This document shows, in pieces, positions 19,339-28,258 of a DNA stretch of 60,165 nucleotides. Position numbers and translations under genes: made by a program. Location of the stretch: positions 1 through 60,165 of the IMG/VR virus record IMGVR_UViG_3300007775_000011. One strand, written 5' to 3'. Under the pieces are notes generated by a model. That model ran no database searches. It was given only the letters and a program-made list of their open reading frames with translations, and was not told the DNA's origin. The number at the start of each line of letters is the position of its first letter. The stretch's first letter is position 1. The stretch is from a virus (Duplodnaviria > Caudoviricetes).

Positions 19339-20318
19339 ATATATTTATCACATGTCCAAATTTTTCTCGTCACGGGGGAATTAGAGTTATTCTTGAGTGG
19401 GCAAATAGATTATCTGAAAATCATATTATTTATTTAAGGACTGATGACATTCATGATTGTAATTGGTTTAATATTAAATCTAATGTCCATATTGTTCGGG
19501 ATGATTCTTATATTTGGAAAAGTGATTGTTTAATTATATCTTCTCCCCATGGAGTTGAATATTTACATCATCCTGCTAGACCTGAAAAGACTTTTGTATT
19601 TTGCCAAATGGCTGAACATCTCTTCCGGTTAAATGATGTTCACTGGCAGAATTTTTGCAGACGTTTTTATTTAGCAGATGCCCCTATGATTTCCATTAGT
19701 AAATGGAATGAAGATTTATTCAGAAAAGCCGGGAGAAAAGGGAAGATTTATCAGGTAGGTAATGGAGTAAATTTGGACCACTTCCCTATTTCCGATAAAC
19801 CTAAAAATGGAAAAATTGTATTGGTGGAAGGATGGGAACCTGGGAATCCAACAAAAGATTGGGATAGAATAGGCCCCAGAGTAGCGCAAAGACTTAAAAA
19901 AGATGGATATATTATTTGGACTTATATTACATCAAAATTGTCTGAAAAATATAGAAGTATTCCTAATCGAGTTGCTTTTAATCCTAATCAAGAACAATTA
20001 AATGATCTTTATGAGAAAGCTACTATATTGATCAAAGCATCTAAATATGATGCCCGTTCTTGTTCTCCAATGGAAGCAATGACTAAGGGAACTGTATCCG
20101 CTCGTGCTATTTATGAAGGTGATGATGATTTAAAGCATCGTTATAATTGTCTTAGATCTACTTATAATGAAGATGATTTATATGATAATGCAAAAAGACT
20201 TTTGAATAATCCTGACCGAAGAGAAGAGTTGGCAAATAATTGTATTGAATATATAAAGACTTTTAATTGGGATTATTGGATGAATCAAATTGAATCTATT
20301 TTAGTGGGGAGTAAATGA
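19335..20318 (+). CDS. glycosyltransferase, GT-B/GT4-like
   Basis: HGGIRVILEWAN, NGVNLDHF, LYEKATILI.AS..D....SPMEAM. Confidence 0.85.
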   Translation: MNIFITCPNFSRHGGIRVILEWANRLSENHIIYLRTDDIHDCNWFNIKSNVHIVRDDSYIWKSDCLIISSPHGVEYLHHPARPEKTFVFCQMAEHLFRLNDVHWQNFCRRFYLADAPMISISKWNEDLFRKAGRKGKIYQVGNGVNLDHFPISDKPKNGKIVLVEGWEPGNPTKDWDRIGPRVAQRLKKDGYIIWTYITSKLSEKYRSIPNRVAFNPNQEQLNDLYEKATILIKASKYDARSCSPMEAMTKGTVSARAIYEGDDDLKHRYNCLRSTYNEDDLYDNAKRLLNNPDRREELANNCIEYIKTFNWDYWMNQIESILVGSK

Positions 20319-20950
20319 AAGATCGTGTTTGTATAATTTCGGTTGTTTATGGGGAGCCGGAATGGAAAAAGACAAAAGAATGTCTGGAATTATTAGATAT
20401 TCCTGTCAATTATATTGATCGTGGTGGTGTAGGTTCTTTGGCAGAGGCTATTAATAAAGGTTTTACCAAATATGCTAAACCAAAGCATGATTATGTTTTA
20501 TTTGTTACCAATGTAACTTTTCCATCTATGATGTTGAAAAAGTTAGTCAAGGAAATGGACAGGTCTGGTTATGCTGCTATTCATCCAAGTTTTAATAGTG
20601 ATCATCATTTTTGTCGTCCTCTCAATCAAGATTGCACGGTGGAATCTCCTTTTGTTGAATTTACTTGTTGTATGGTTCGGAGAGATGTTTTTTTAAATCA
20701 CTATTTAGATGAAAGGATGCCTTATTGGGGACATGATCTTGATTGGGGATATCGGGTTAAAAGATCTGGTTATGATGTAGGAATATATCATGGAATTAAA
20801 TTGGAACATGTCTATATAAGACATAATAAAAAGAAGCATCCATTAACCCAAGAAAGAAAAAGATTAAGGAATAATGCAGACTCAAGTACAAAAGCTGCTT
20901 TAATTGATAAATATGGTCCCAATTGGAGGGATTTTGTATGGGCACTATAA
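20315..20950 (+). CDS. glycosyltransferase, GT2-like
   Basis: LAEAINKG, LDERMPYWGHDLDWGYR. Confidence 0.75.
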   Translation: MKDRVCIISVVYGEPEWKKTKECLELLDIPVNYIDRGGVGSLAEAINKGFTKYAKPKHDYVLFVTNVTFPSMMLKKLVKEMDRSGYAAIHPSFNSDHHFCRPLNQDCTVESPFVEFTCCMVRRDVFLNHYLDERMPYWGHDLDWGYRVKRSGYDVGIYHGIKLEHVYIRHNKKKHPLTQERKRLRNNADSSTKAALIDKYGPNWRDFVWAL

Positions 20951-21597
20951 AAAAAGCTGCTGAGAGATCGGCACAATCGCAAGTAGAACTTTGGCAAGAT
21001 AATCATTATTATGATGAAGCTGAGCCCTATATTGAGGAACAGTGGAAAAATTTAATATGGCCTATTATTAAAAATTTAAATTTTTCTCATGTTGTTGATT
21101 TAGCTTGTGGGCGGGGTCGGAATACAACTAAATTAATTCCTATTTGTAAAAAGATAAGTTTAGTTGATATTGCTTCTAATAATATTAAATTTTGTAAAAA
21201 ACGATTCAAAAAAGAATCAAAAGTTGATTATTATTTGGGAAGTGGGGTTGAAATTCCGGTACCTGATAATTCAGTATCTTTAGTGTATTGTTTTGATGCT
21301 ATGGTACATTTTCCCCCGGAAGTAGTTTTTGAATATTTGAATGAAATTAAACGTGTTCTGATTCCGGGCGGGGCCGCTTTTTTACATCATTCCAATTGGA
21401 ATAAAAATTCAAATATTAATTTTTCAACCAATCCCCATGCTAGAAATCATATGTCCAGAAATCTTATGATGTATTGGGCCAATTCAATTGATCTGAAAAT
21501 AGTATCATCTCAGATTATTGATTGGGGTGAGGGAATTTATAAAGCAACTGATTTAGATTGCGTTACACTTTTGAGGAAGAAAATATGCCAGGGATAA
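20938..21597 (+). CDS. class I SAM-dependent methyltransferase
   Basis: VVDLACGRG, FDAMVHF, RVLIPGG; GGAGG RBS before ATG 20938. Confidence 0.88.
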   Translation: MGTIKKAAERSAQSQVELWQDNHYYDEAEPYIEEQWKNLIWPIIKNLNFSHVVDLACGRGRNTTKLIPICKKISLVDIASNNIKFCKKRFKKESKVDYYLGSGVEIPVPDNSVSLVYCFDAMVHFPPEVVFEYLNEIKRVLIPGGAAFLHHSNWNKNSNINFSTNPHARNHMSRNLMMYWANSIDLKIVSSQIIDWGEGIYKATDLDCVTLLRKKICQG

Positions 21598-22601
21598 TTA
21601 TTGAGGGAACAAAAACAGTTTATTGGCCAATACCAAAAAATGGCTGTACTACAATGAAAGCCTATCTTTGTCAAGTTTTTGGATTGGGTAATCAAAAAAA
21701 TGTCCATACGGCTCCTTTTCCAAAAACACCAACCCCAATGAAAGGTTATAGGAATTTTGCTATTGTACGCAATCCCTATGCTCGTTTATATTCTCTTTGG
21801 AAAAATAAAATATCGCCGGAAAGAGTAAAGCATCCAAAATTTAAAGAAAATCAAGTTGATCCTAATGTCTTTAAAAGATGGCCTGATTTATTTAGAGCAA
21901 ATATGTCTTTTGAAGAATTTGTGGATGCTGTTCTTTCTATACCTCCCCAAGAGGCTGATCATCATTTTAGTCCTCAGTCTCTTCAGATTCCTAAACAGGG
22001 TGTTGAGATTTGTAAATTGGAAGAGGTAGCCCCCTTAATGCATTCTATTATGCCAGCATATAACACTTCCCCCAAAAGTGATTGGAAGAGTTTTTATAAA
22101 TTTGGATCAATGACCCAAAGAGTTTGGGACTACTATAAACAAGATTTTCTCCGGTTTAAATATCCTTTACCTTTTAATACTATTCTTGTTGATTGTGATG
22201 GCGTGTTAACAGATGGAAAATTAACAATAGATCGTAACGGGGAGAAATCTTTTAAATCTTTTCATGCACGGGATGTTCGAGCCATCCGGGAATTGGTAAG
22301 CCATGGATATAATATTGTATTAGTTACTGCTGATGGTTGGCCCGGAATATATCATTTTGCTGAAAAAGTAAGAGCAGAAGTTTGCGTGAAAAGAAATAAG
22401 GCAGAGATACCTTATACCAATTATTTAGCTATTGGAGATGATGCTTGGGATGTTCCGATGATGGAAAATGCATCTGGGCGGTTTGCCCCTCTTGATGCTG
22501 ATCCTTCAATTTTACAAATGCCTTTTGTAAATCGTTTAGAGACTCCGGGTGGTAAAGGAGTTATGGCTGAATTAGCACGTATTTTGTTGGGAGAAGGTTA
22601 A
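21585..22601 (+). CDS. sulfotransferase (Sulfotransfer_2-like) fused to a KdsC-like HAD phosphatase
   Basis: IPKNGCTT, VRNPYARLYS, DHHFSPQS; then DCDGVLTDG, IGDDAWD, GGKGVMAE. Confidence 0.85.
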   Translation: MPGIIIEGTKTVYWPIPKNGCTTMKAYLCQVFGLGNQKNVHTAPFPKTPTPMKGYRNFAIVRNPYARLYSLWKNKISPERVKHPKFKENQVDPNVFKRWPDLFRANMSFEEFVDAVLSIPPQEADHHFSPQSLQIPKQGVEICKLEEVAPLMHSIMPAYNTSPKSDWKSFYKFGSMTQRVWDYYKQDFLRFKYPLPFNTILVDCDGVLTDGKLTIDRNGEKSFKSFHARDVRAIRELVSHGYNIVLVTADGWPGIYHFAEKVRAEVCVKRNKAEIPYTNYLAIGDDAWDVPMMENASGRFAPLDADPSILQMPFVNRLETPGGKGVMAELARILLGEG

Positions 22602-23333
22602 ATGAAAGTTGATGTAGTATATACCCTGGCCCCTATGTCGAAAAATGGGGAGGATTGGGAATTGCGCTATTCATTACGATCTTTGTCCAATCAACCATGG
22701 GTAGGTAATATTTTTATTGTAGGATACAAACCGGAATGGGTTTGTAATGCTATACATATACTATTAGATGATCCTTATAAATCAAAAGATGCTAATATTA
22801 TCAGAAAGGTTTTAAAAGCTTGCGAACATCCTGAATTATCTGATGATTTTATTATTAATAGTGATGATCATTATATAATGAATAAAATTCGTTTGATGGA
22901 TTTGGGGCCGTGGTTAGAATATCCATCATCATTAAAAGATGCTTATTTAAAACAAGTAGTTTCTCGTTGGTATATTCGATTAATTAAAACTATTGATTTC
23001 TGTAATAGAAGGAATTTGCCCCAGTGGGTATTTGAAAGTCATATTCCATATCTTGTAAATAAACAAAAATATCAAAAGGTCATGTCCAATATTCCTTATG
23101 ATAAAGATAATGGATTAATGACCCATATTTATTACAATTTAGTATTAAAATATTCTCCTTTAAAAACCATACAGGGAACTGTAGTCAGGTTAAAAAAAGA
23201 AGAAACATATGAAGAAATAAAAGAAAAATTAAAATCTTGTATTTTCTTAAATCATAATGATCAGGGACTTTCCGATGGATTAAAACAAATTATGTCAGAA
23301 AGATTTTCTAAACCTTCACCGTGGGAGAAATAA
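22602..23333 (+). CDS. Stealth-like sugar-phosphotransferase
   Basis: DVVYT, ELRYSLRSL, LSDDFIINSDD, HIPY. Confidence 0.7.
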   Translation: MKVDVVYTLAPMSKNGEDWELRYSLRSLSNQPWVGNIFIVGYKPEWVCNAIHILLDDPYKSKDANIIRKVLKACEHPELSDDFIINSDDHYIMNKIRLMDLGPWLEYPSSLKDAYLKQVVSRWYIRLIKTIDFCNRRNLPQWVFESHIPYLVNKQKYQKVMSNIPYDKDNGLMTHIYYNLVLKYSPLKTIQGTVVRLKKEETYEEIKEKLKSCIFLNHNDQGLSDGLKQIMSERFSKPSPWEK

Positions 23334-23334
23334 A

Positions 23335-23769
23335 ATGAATTGGAAAGGGGTTTGTATTCATCATTCTTTAACAGAGGACAGTGATACAAGATCATGGGAA
23401 GCGATCAGAAAATATCATATACATACTAATGGTTGGGATGAGATCGGATATCATTTTGGAATTGAAGATGTAGAGGGTCGGATTCATGTCAGGATAGGCC
23501 GTCCAACTAATATGCAAGGGGCCCACGCTCCATCTCTTAATCAATCTCATATAGGAATTTGCGTTGTTGGCAATTATGATGGGATACCGCCCTGCCCTGA
23601 ATATATTCGTAGACTTGTTTTGTTAATTCATGATTTGTCTATTTTTTATAAGTTTCCTATTAATTATGAATCTATTCGATTTCATAATGAAGTAGCGCAC
23701 AAAACCTGTCCGGGTAAACTCTTCCCGGCAAAATCTGAAATAATTAAAATGGTTAATAAATTAAATTGA
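23335..23769 (+). CDS. endolysin, N-acetylmuramoyl-L-alanine amidase (amidase_2)
   Basis: IHHS, IGYHF, GAHA, IGIC, H...KTCPG. Confidence 0.92.
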   Translation: MNWKGVCIHHSLTEDSDTRSWEAIRKYHIHTNGWDEIGYHFGIEDVEGRIHVRIGRPTNMQGAHAPSLNQSHIGICVVGNYDGIPPCPEYIRRLVLLIHDLSIFYKFPINYESIRFHNEVAHKTCPGKLFPAKSEIIKMVNKLN

Positions 23770-24242
23770 AATCATTTACCCGAAGAAAAAACAAAAATGC
23801 CGGTACTGAGTTATTGAACCGGCTTAAAAAAACAGCATCAAGGGAAATTGCGGTGGGGTTCCCGAAAGGAAAAGCTCAAGCCTATCCTGATGGGACTTCT
23901 GTTATTGATGTAGCTGCTCAAAATGTTTATGGGACTCCAACAATTCCCCAACGTGATTTTATGACTTTGGCTTCTAGTGATATCCGGGAAAAGACAAGAC
24001 CTATTATAAAACGGATTGTAAAAGAGGCCAATAAAAAAGGAGGTAATGAAAGGGTGGTTGATTCTCTCCAAAATGCTGCAGGAGAAGTTGCAAAATCAGC
24101 TATTCAAAAAGCCATTATTGATTTAGATACCCCGCCAAATGCTCCATCTACTATTGACGCAAAGGGGTCTTCTAATCCTTTGATTGATACAGGACATATG
24201 AAAGATTCCGTGACTTTTGATATCCGGGAGAAATCAAAATGA
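23766..24242 (+). CDS. neck/tail completion protein (HK97 gp10-like)
   Basis: IPQRDFM, PPNAPSTI..KGSSNPLIDTG. Confidence 0.8.
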   Translation: MKSFTRRKNKNAGTELLNRLKKTASREIAVGFPKGKAQAYPDGTSVIDVAAQNVYGTPTIPQRDFMTLASSDIREKTRPIIKRIVKEANKKGGNERVVDSLQNAAGEVAKSAIQKAIIDLDTPPNAPSTIDAKGSSNPLIDTGHMKDSVTFDIREKSK

Positions 24243-24628
24243 GTATCCTTCCTTTAAATGCCGCTACATTATGTTTGGGTTTATTTGAACAAACTCTTAC
24301 TGTAGCTGATTATTCTTATATTACTGAAAACGGAATTGATAAAAAACAATTATATGGATCAAGGGTCAGTATAAAAGCAGCTGTTGATGCTTCTGGAAAT
24401 CAACAGCTTATTCGTATTTTTGGTGGGGCCGTATCGGATGGGGATATCGGAATATATACAAAAGAAATTTTATATATCCTTGATGAATTTACTAATTTGA
24501 CAGATCGAAAAAACACAATTATTACTTATTCCGGGTTATTATATTCTATTAAGCAAAAAGCTGATTGGAGTGAACAGGCTGGGGCTTATGTTTATTTGGC
24601 TGGTAGATATGTAGATCAAGGAAGATAA
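24239..24628 (+). CDS. head closure protein
   Basis: size, synteny and C-terminal DW motif. Confidence 0.6.
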   Translation: MSILPLNAATLCLGLFEQTLTVADYSYITENGIDKKQLYGSRVSIKAAVDASGNQQLIRIFGGAVSDGDIGIYTKEILYILDEFTNLTDRKNTIITYSGLLYSIKQKADWSEQAGAYVYLAGRYVDQGR

Positions 24629-24629
24629 A

Positions 24630-25214
24630 ATGCCGATAAGAACAAGCATAGATGAACTTTACAATAAAATTGGTGCTGTGATTTTATTATCTACTGGAAG
24701 AAATTGGTGGAGAAAGTCCGGGATTAATACGGCCCCTAAATCTACATATAGTTTGGTTAATATTACGCAAAGCGATTCAATTGAAAATCAAATAACAGAA
24801 GATGTAGAAAAAGATACCCCCGCTATTACTGGAGAAATATTTGAACAAGTAACTTGGGGGACATCTTTATTGGATATTGAAGTTGAATTTTTTCGGAGTG
24901 GGGATAATGATACAGCGTCCGATGCCGCAACTAGATTTAAAAATAGTTTGGCCTTACAGGCACGATTTTATGATTTGTGGGAAGTCTGCGGATTATCGGG
25001 ATCAGTTAGATTAACCAATATTGGAGAAGTCTTTCGACAAGATACAGAACCAAGATGGCGGGTTCAGTTTTCTGTTTACGCAAATGTAACAGATCCTGTA
25101 CCTCTTAATGATAATGATCTTTTTGATATTAATTCCCAAACAGTTGAGGTTACTCATGTTGGGATTGATGATACAGAAACAGATTTAGATGATGTTGTTA
25201 TTAATAACGAATAG
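24630..25214 (+). CDS. tail terminator
   Basis: size and position directly upstream of the sheath. Confidence 0.65.
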   Translation: MPIRTSIDELYNKIGAVILLSTGRNWWRKSGINTAPKSTYSLVNITQSDSIENQITEDVEKDTPAITGEIFEQVTWGTSLLDIEVEFFRSGDNDTASDAATRFKNSLALQARFYDLWEVCGLSGSVRLTNIGEVFRQDTEPRWRVQFSVYANVTDPVPLNDNDLFDINSQTVEVTHVGIDDTETDLDDVVINNE

Positions 25215-25229
25215 TAGGAGGAACAAAAG

Positions 25230-26756
25230 ATGCCTTATGTAACAGCTGACACAAGTTTGCCAAGAAGTCTAGATGTTTCAATTTCTTTATCCAGAGCCCA
25301 GGCAGAAACAAGAACAGACCTCAGCCTCCCGGCAGTGGTACTTGAAGATTTGGGATTTTTCCCAAATGAAAACAGGGTTCGTTTTTACTCGACTATTGAA
25401 GCGGTGGAAGCGGATTTTGCGGCAGGAACGGAAGCTCATTTTGCTGCTTCTGCTTTCTTTAATCAAACCCCCAAGGCTGATACTCTGGCAATTGGAGAAG
25501 TTTACCTGACAGCCCAACCAGCTTTGCTGGCTTCTGCGGTTTTTACTGCCGCTGAAATTACGGCACTGACTTCTATATCTGATGGGTCAATGGATATTAC
25601 ATATAATCCAGACACAGAAGGTTCTGCTGGCCCTACGACTATTTCAATGACAGGTCTTGATTTTACTGCGGTAACTGATGAGGCTTCTATAGCTTCTATA
25701 CTGAATGCCGCTACAGATTCTGGTATTTCAGTTAGTGTAAAAACTCTTCCGGGCGGTAATAAGCACGTTGTATTTACCACTGTCGCTACCGGTGATAATG
25801 TAGTAGTGACTTATCCATCAGCCGGGGTTTCTGGTACTTATGTTGGAGATTTGCTCAACTTGACCAGTGCTCAGGGTGGTTCTGTAATGAACGGATATAC
25901 CCCAACTGATATTGGTTCTGAATTGACCAACGTATTTAATGCGGCAAATCAGGCCGGTAAATATATTTATGGTTGGGCTCTTTCCGCTGATCTTCGTGAT
26001 GTTTCTATCCAAACTACAGCTGCAGCTTGGGTACTTTCCCGGACAGGTTTTATGGTTCTCACTACCAATGATGTGACTGCCGTTGATCCTTCTTACTCAG
26101 CTGATATTGGTTCTGTGGTATCAGCTACCGGAAACCGGAGAGTGACTTGCGTTTATCATGATAATGCCCAGAGATATCCTGATGTTTCTATTTTGGCTTA
26201 TATGCTTCACGTAGATTATCGGCTCCAAGATTCTACTGTTACGGCAAAATTCAAAGAACTGCCCGGAATTGAAACAGTAGATGTGACTGAAACTGAATGG
26301 TCAACTCTCCAGGAAAAAGGATACAATACCTATACGGCTATTGGAAATGATGCCCGTACCTATCGTGATGGGGATACAAGCAGTTCCAGCTGGTATATGG
26401 ACACTGTGATCAATCTGGATAATTTCGTTGAAGATTTATCCGTGGCCGTTTTCAATGTTTTCTTGCGCAATAAGAAAATCCCCTACACTACACAGGGCCA
26501 GGCTCTTTTGGTTGATGCTTGTCGGGATGTTGGGAATCAGTACACTTATAACGGTACTTTTGCGGATCGTGAAACCACAGATTCAACTCGGAAATCAGGA
26601 ACAGTATTGGTGCCGGCAGTAGTAATTACCCCAACCCCAATTGCTCAGTCTTCAGTTGCGGACAGAGCAGCAAGAAGTGGCCCCCCGATTGCTATGGAAG
26701 TTCAAGAAGCAGGGGCCATTCATTCTGTTTCTATTAATGTTGAAGTTGTCAGTTAA
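25230..26756 (+). CDS. tail sheath protein (DUF3383)
   Basis: TAKFKELPG, KIPYT.QG, GAIHSVSI. Confidence 0.9.
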   Translation: MPYVTADTSLPRSLDVSISLSRAQAETRTDLSLPAVVLEDLGFFPNENRVRFYSTIEAVEADFAAGTEAHFAASAFFNQTPKADTLAIGEVYLTAQPALLASAVFTAAEITALTSISDGSMDITYNPDTEGSAGPTTISMTGLDFTAVTDEASIASILNAATDSGISVSVKTLPGGNKHVVFTTVATGDNVVVTYPSAGVSGTYVGDLLNLTSAQGGSVMNGYTPTDIGSELTNVFNAANQAGKYIYGWALSADLRDVSIQTTAAAWVLSRTGFMVLTTNDVTAVDPSYSADIGSVVSATGNRRVTCVYHDNAQRYPDVSILAYMLHVDYRLQDSTVTAKFKELPGIETVDVTETEWSTLQEKGYNTYTAIGNDARTYRDGDTSSSSWYMDTVINLDNFVEDLSVAVFNVFLRNKKIPYTTQGQALLVDACRDVGNQYTYNGTFADRETTDSTRKSGTVLVPAVVITPTPIAQSSVADRAARSGPPIAMEVQEAGAIHSVSINVEVVS

Positions 26757-26782
26757 TTTTGAAATATTAAGGAGGTAGTACA

Positions 26783-27238
26783 ATGGCTCGAATTAATTTA
26801 TATGCCCAGAACAGACACACGTTGGTTGTGGATGGTACGCCAATCACCGGATTTGCCGATGGAGATTGGTTGGCGGTAAAAGTTGATGGTAATGTCGCTG
26901 AAAGGACGCAGGGAGGTGATGGCCCCTCTATGAATATCAGTGTTCCCCAAGGCGGTATCATTACTGTTAATCTGCTTCCGACTTCTCCGGCCCTTGGTAT
27001 TCTTTATTCAATCCGGGATGCTCAGCAACTTACTCCCCGCTTATTCAGCATTGTGTTGATATCTGGAGTGGAAGAGATTATCCAAGCGGGTGGATGTGCT
27101 TTTGGAGAGCTTCCTGAATTTCAGACAGGTGGTCCGACAATGAAAGGCAGGAGTTTTCCTTTTGAATGTTCTCAGATCAAATTGGATTCCAGTGGAGTGG
27201 AAGCTGTTGCCGGTGGTCTTCTTGGAGGATTGATTTAA
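26783..27238 (+). CDS. tail tube protein
   Basis: ITGFADG, G.ITVNLLPTSP; follows the sheath. Confidence 0.85.
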   Translation: MARINLYAQNRHTLVVDGTPITGFADGDWLAVKVDGNVAERTQGGDGPSMNISVPQGGIITVNLLPTSPALGILYSIRDAQQLTPRLFSIVLISGVEEIIQAGGCAFGELPEFQTGGPTMKGRSFPFECSQIKLDSSGVEAVAGGLLGGLI

Positions 27239-27254
27239 TAAACCCTTCTTTTAG

Positions 27255-27293
27255 CCACTTGTTTTTAAATTTAAGAAGGATTTAAAATTTTTT
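27255..27293 (+). repeat. conserved intergenic motif, copy 3
   Basis: CCACTTGTTTTTAAATTTAAGAAGGATTTAAAATTTTTT. Confidence 0.85.
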
Positions 27294-27340
27294 AATACTA
27301 GGGGTTATTTAAAGAATAAAAGTAAAGGAGAAAGAAAACT

Positions 27341-27814
27341 ATGGAAAAGCGAGAAAAAACTTTTGAAGACAGACTCTATATTATTTTGACGCCACCGGTT
27401 CTCAAGGCTATGCCTTTATGTACAAAGGTAATGGTATTATTGGGGCCGGTGATAGGGTCTTTGGGAAAAGATGTTAAAAAAGGTGGATGGGATGCTTTTT
27501 CTCAAGCTGTATCTATAATGGATGCTGATACAGTTCAAAATTTGATGATATCTGCAGTTAAGATGTCTCAATTAACATTTGACGGAGTTTTGTTGACTGA
27601 TGATTTAAATTTTGAACGACACTTTGGACAATATCGTCAAGATTTATACCAGGTATGTCTTTGGTGCTTGTGGGAGAGCGTGAAGGATTTTTTACCCATT
27701 CAGGGACTCTCCACCCTGAAAGATCTGGAGAAGAAACTGAACAAGAGCAAGGAAGGATTTGGGAACCAGATGAAGACCGAAACAACATCAAGCTCCCAGA
27801 AGGATGGACAGTAG
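27341..27814 (+). CDS. tail assembly chaperone (G)
   Basis: between tube and tape measure; ERHF...LYQV..W. Confidence 0.75.
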   Translation: MEKREKTFEDRLYIILTPPVLKAMPLCTKVMVLLGPVIGSLGKDVKKGGWDAFSQAVSIMDADTVQNLMISAVKMSQLTFDGVLLTDDLNFERHFGQYRQDLYQVCLWCLWESVKDFLPIQGLSTLKDLEKKLNKSKEGFGNQMKTETTSSSQKDGQ

Positions 27815-27975
27815 ATTGGTGGCTTGGTCGGCCTGTCTGGGCTGGTATGTGTTCTTGGAATGAACTGGGTGATGGTAGTATAACAATAAAGGATTTACTT
27901 CAAATGCATCGAAGTCTTAATTTGAAAGATTGGATTGAAAAGAAATCCTATGAACTTAATAAGGAGGGGTCTTGA
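27688..27975 (+). CDS. -1 frameshift extension of the chaperone (GT)
   Basis: in-frame T TTT TTA slippery heptamer at 27688-27694; open -1 frame ending WWLGRPV...ELGDGSITIKDL. Confidence 0.7.
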   Translation, partial: FFTHSGTLHPERSGEETEQEQGRIWEPDEDRNNIKLPEGWTVDWWLGRPVWAGMCSWNELGDGSITIKDLLQMHRSLNLKDWIEKKSYELNKEGS

Positions 27976-27976
27976 A

Positions 27977-28258
27977 ATGCCAACTGGGGTTTTAACAGTA
28001 GATATTAACCAAGCTATTGTTTTATTGGTTGGAGTAGTTGGGGTTAAAATTTTATATAATTTGGTAGATGTTCTTTTTGCCAAATATAAAACATCTAGAG
28101 ATCATCTTTCCAAAGAAGAATTCCACACTATTTGTGAAAGCAGACGTTCCCGGTGTTCTAATACTCTGACTAAAAAAGTGGATGCTATAGCCAAAGTCAC
28201 CTTGGCCATGGCAGTAAAAATGAATATTGACGTTAAAGATATTGAGGGGTTATTGTAA
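27977..28258 (+). CDS. small single-TM membrane protein
   Basis: AAGGAGG RBS; hydrophobic AIVLLVGVVGVKILY. Confidence 0.55.
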   Translation: MPTGVLTVDINQAIVLLVGVVGVKILYNLVDVLFAKYKTSRDHLSKEEFHTICESRRSRCSNTLTKKVDAIAKVTLAMAVKMNIDVKDIEGLL

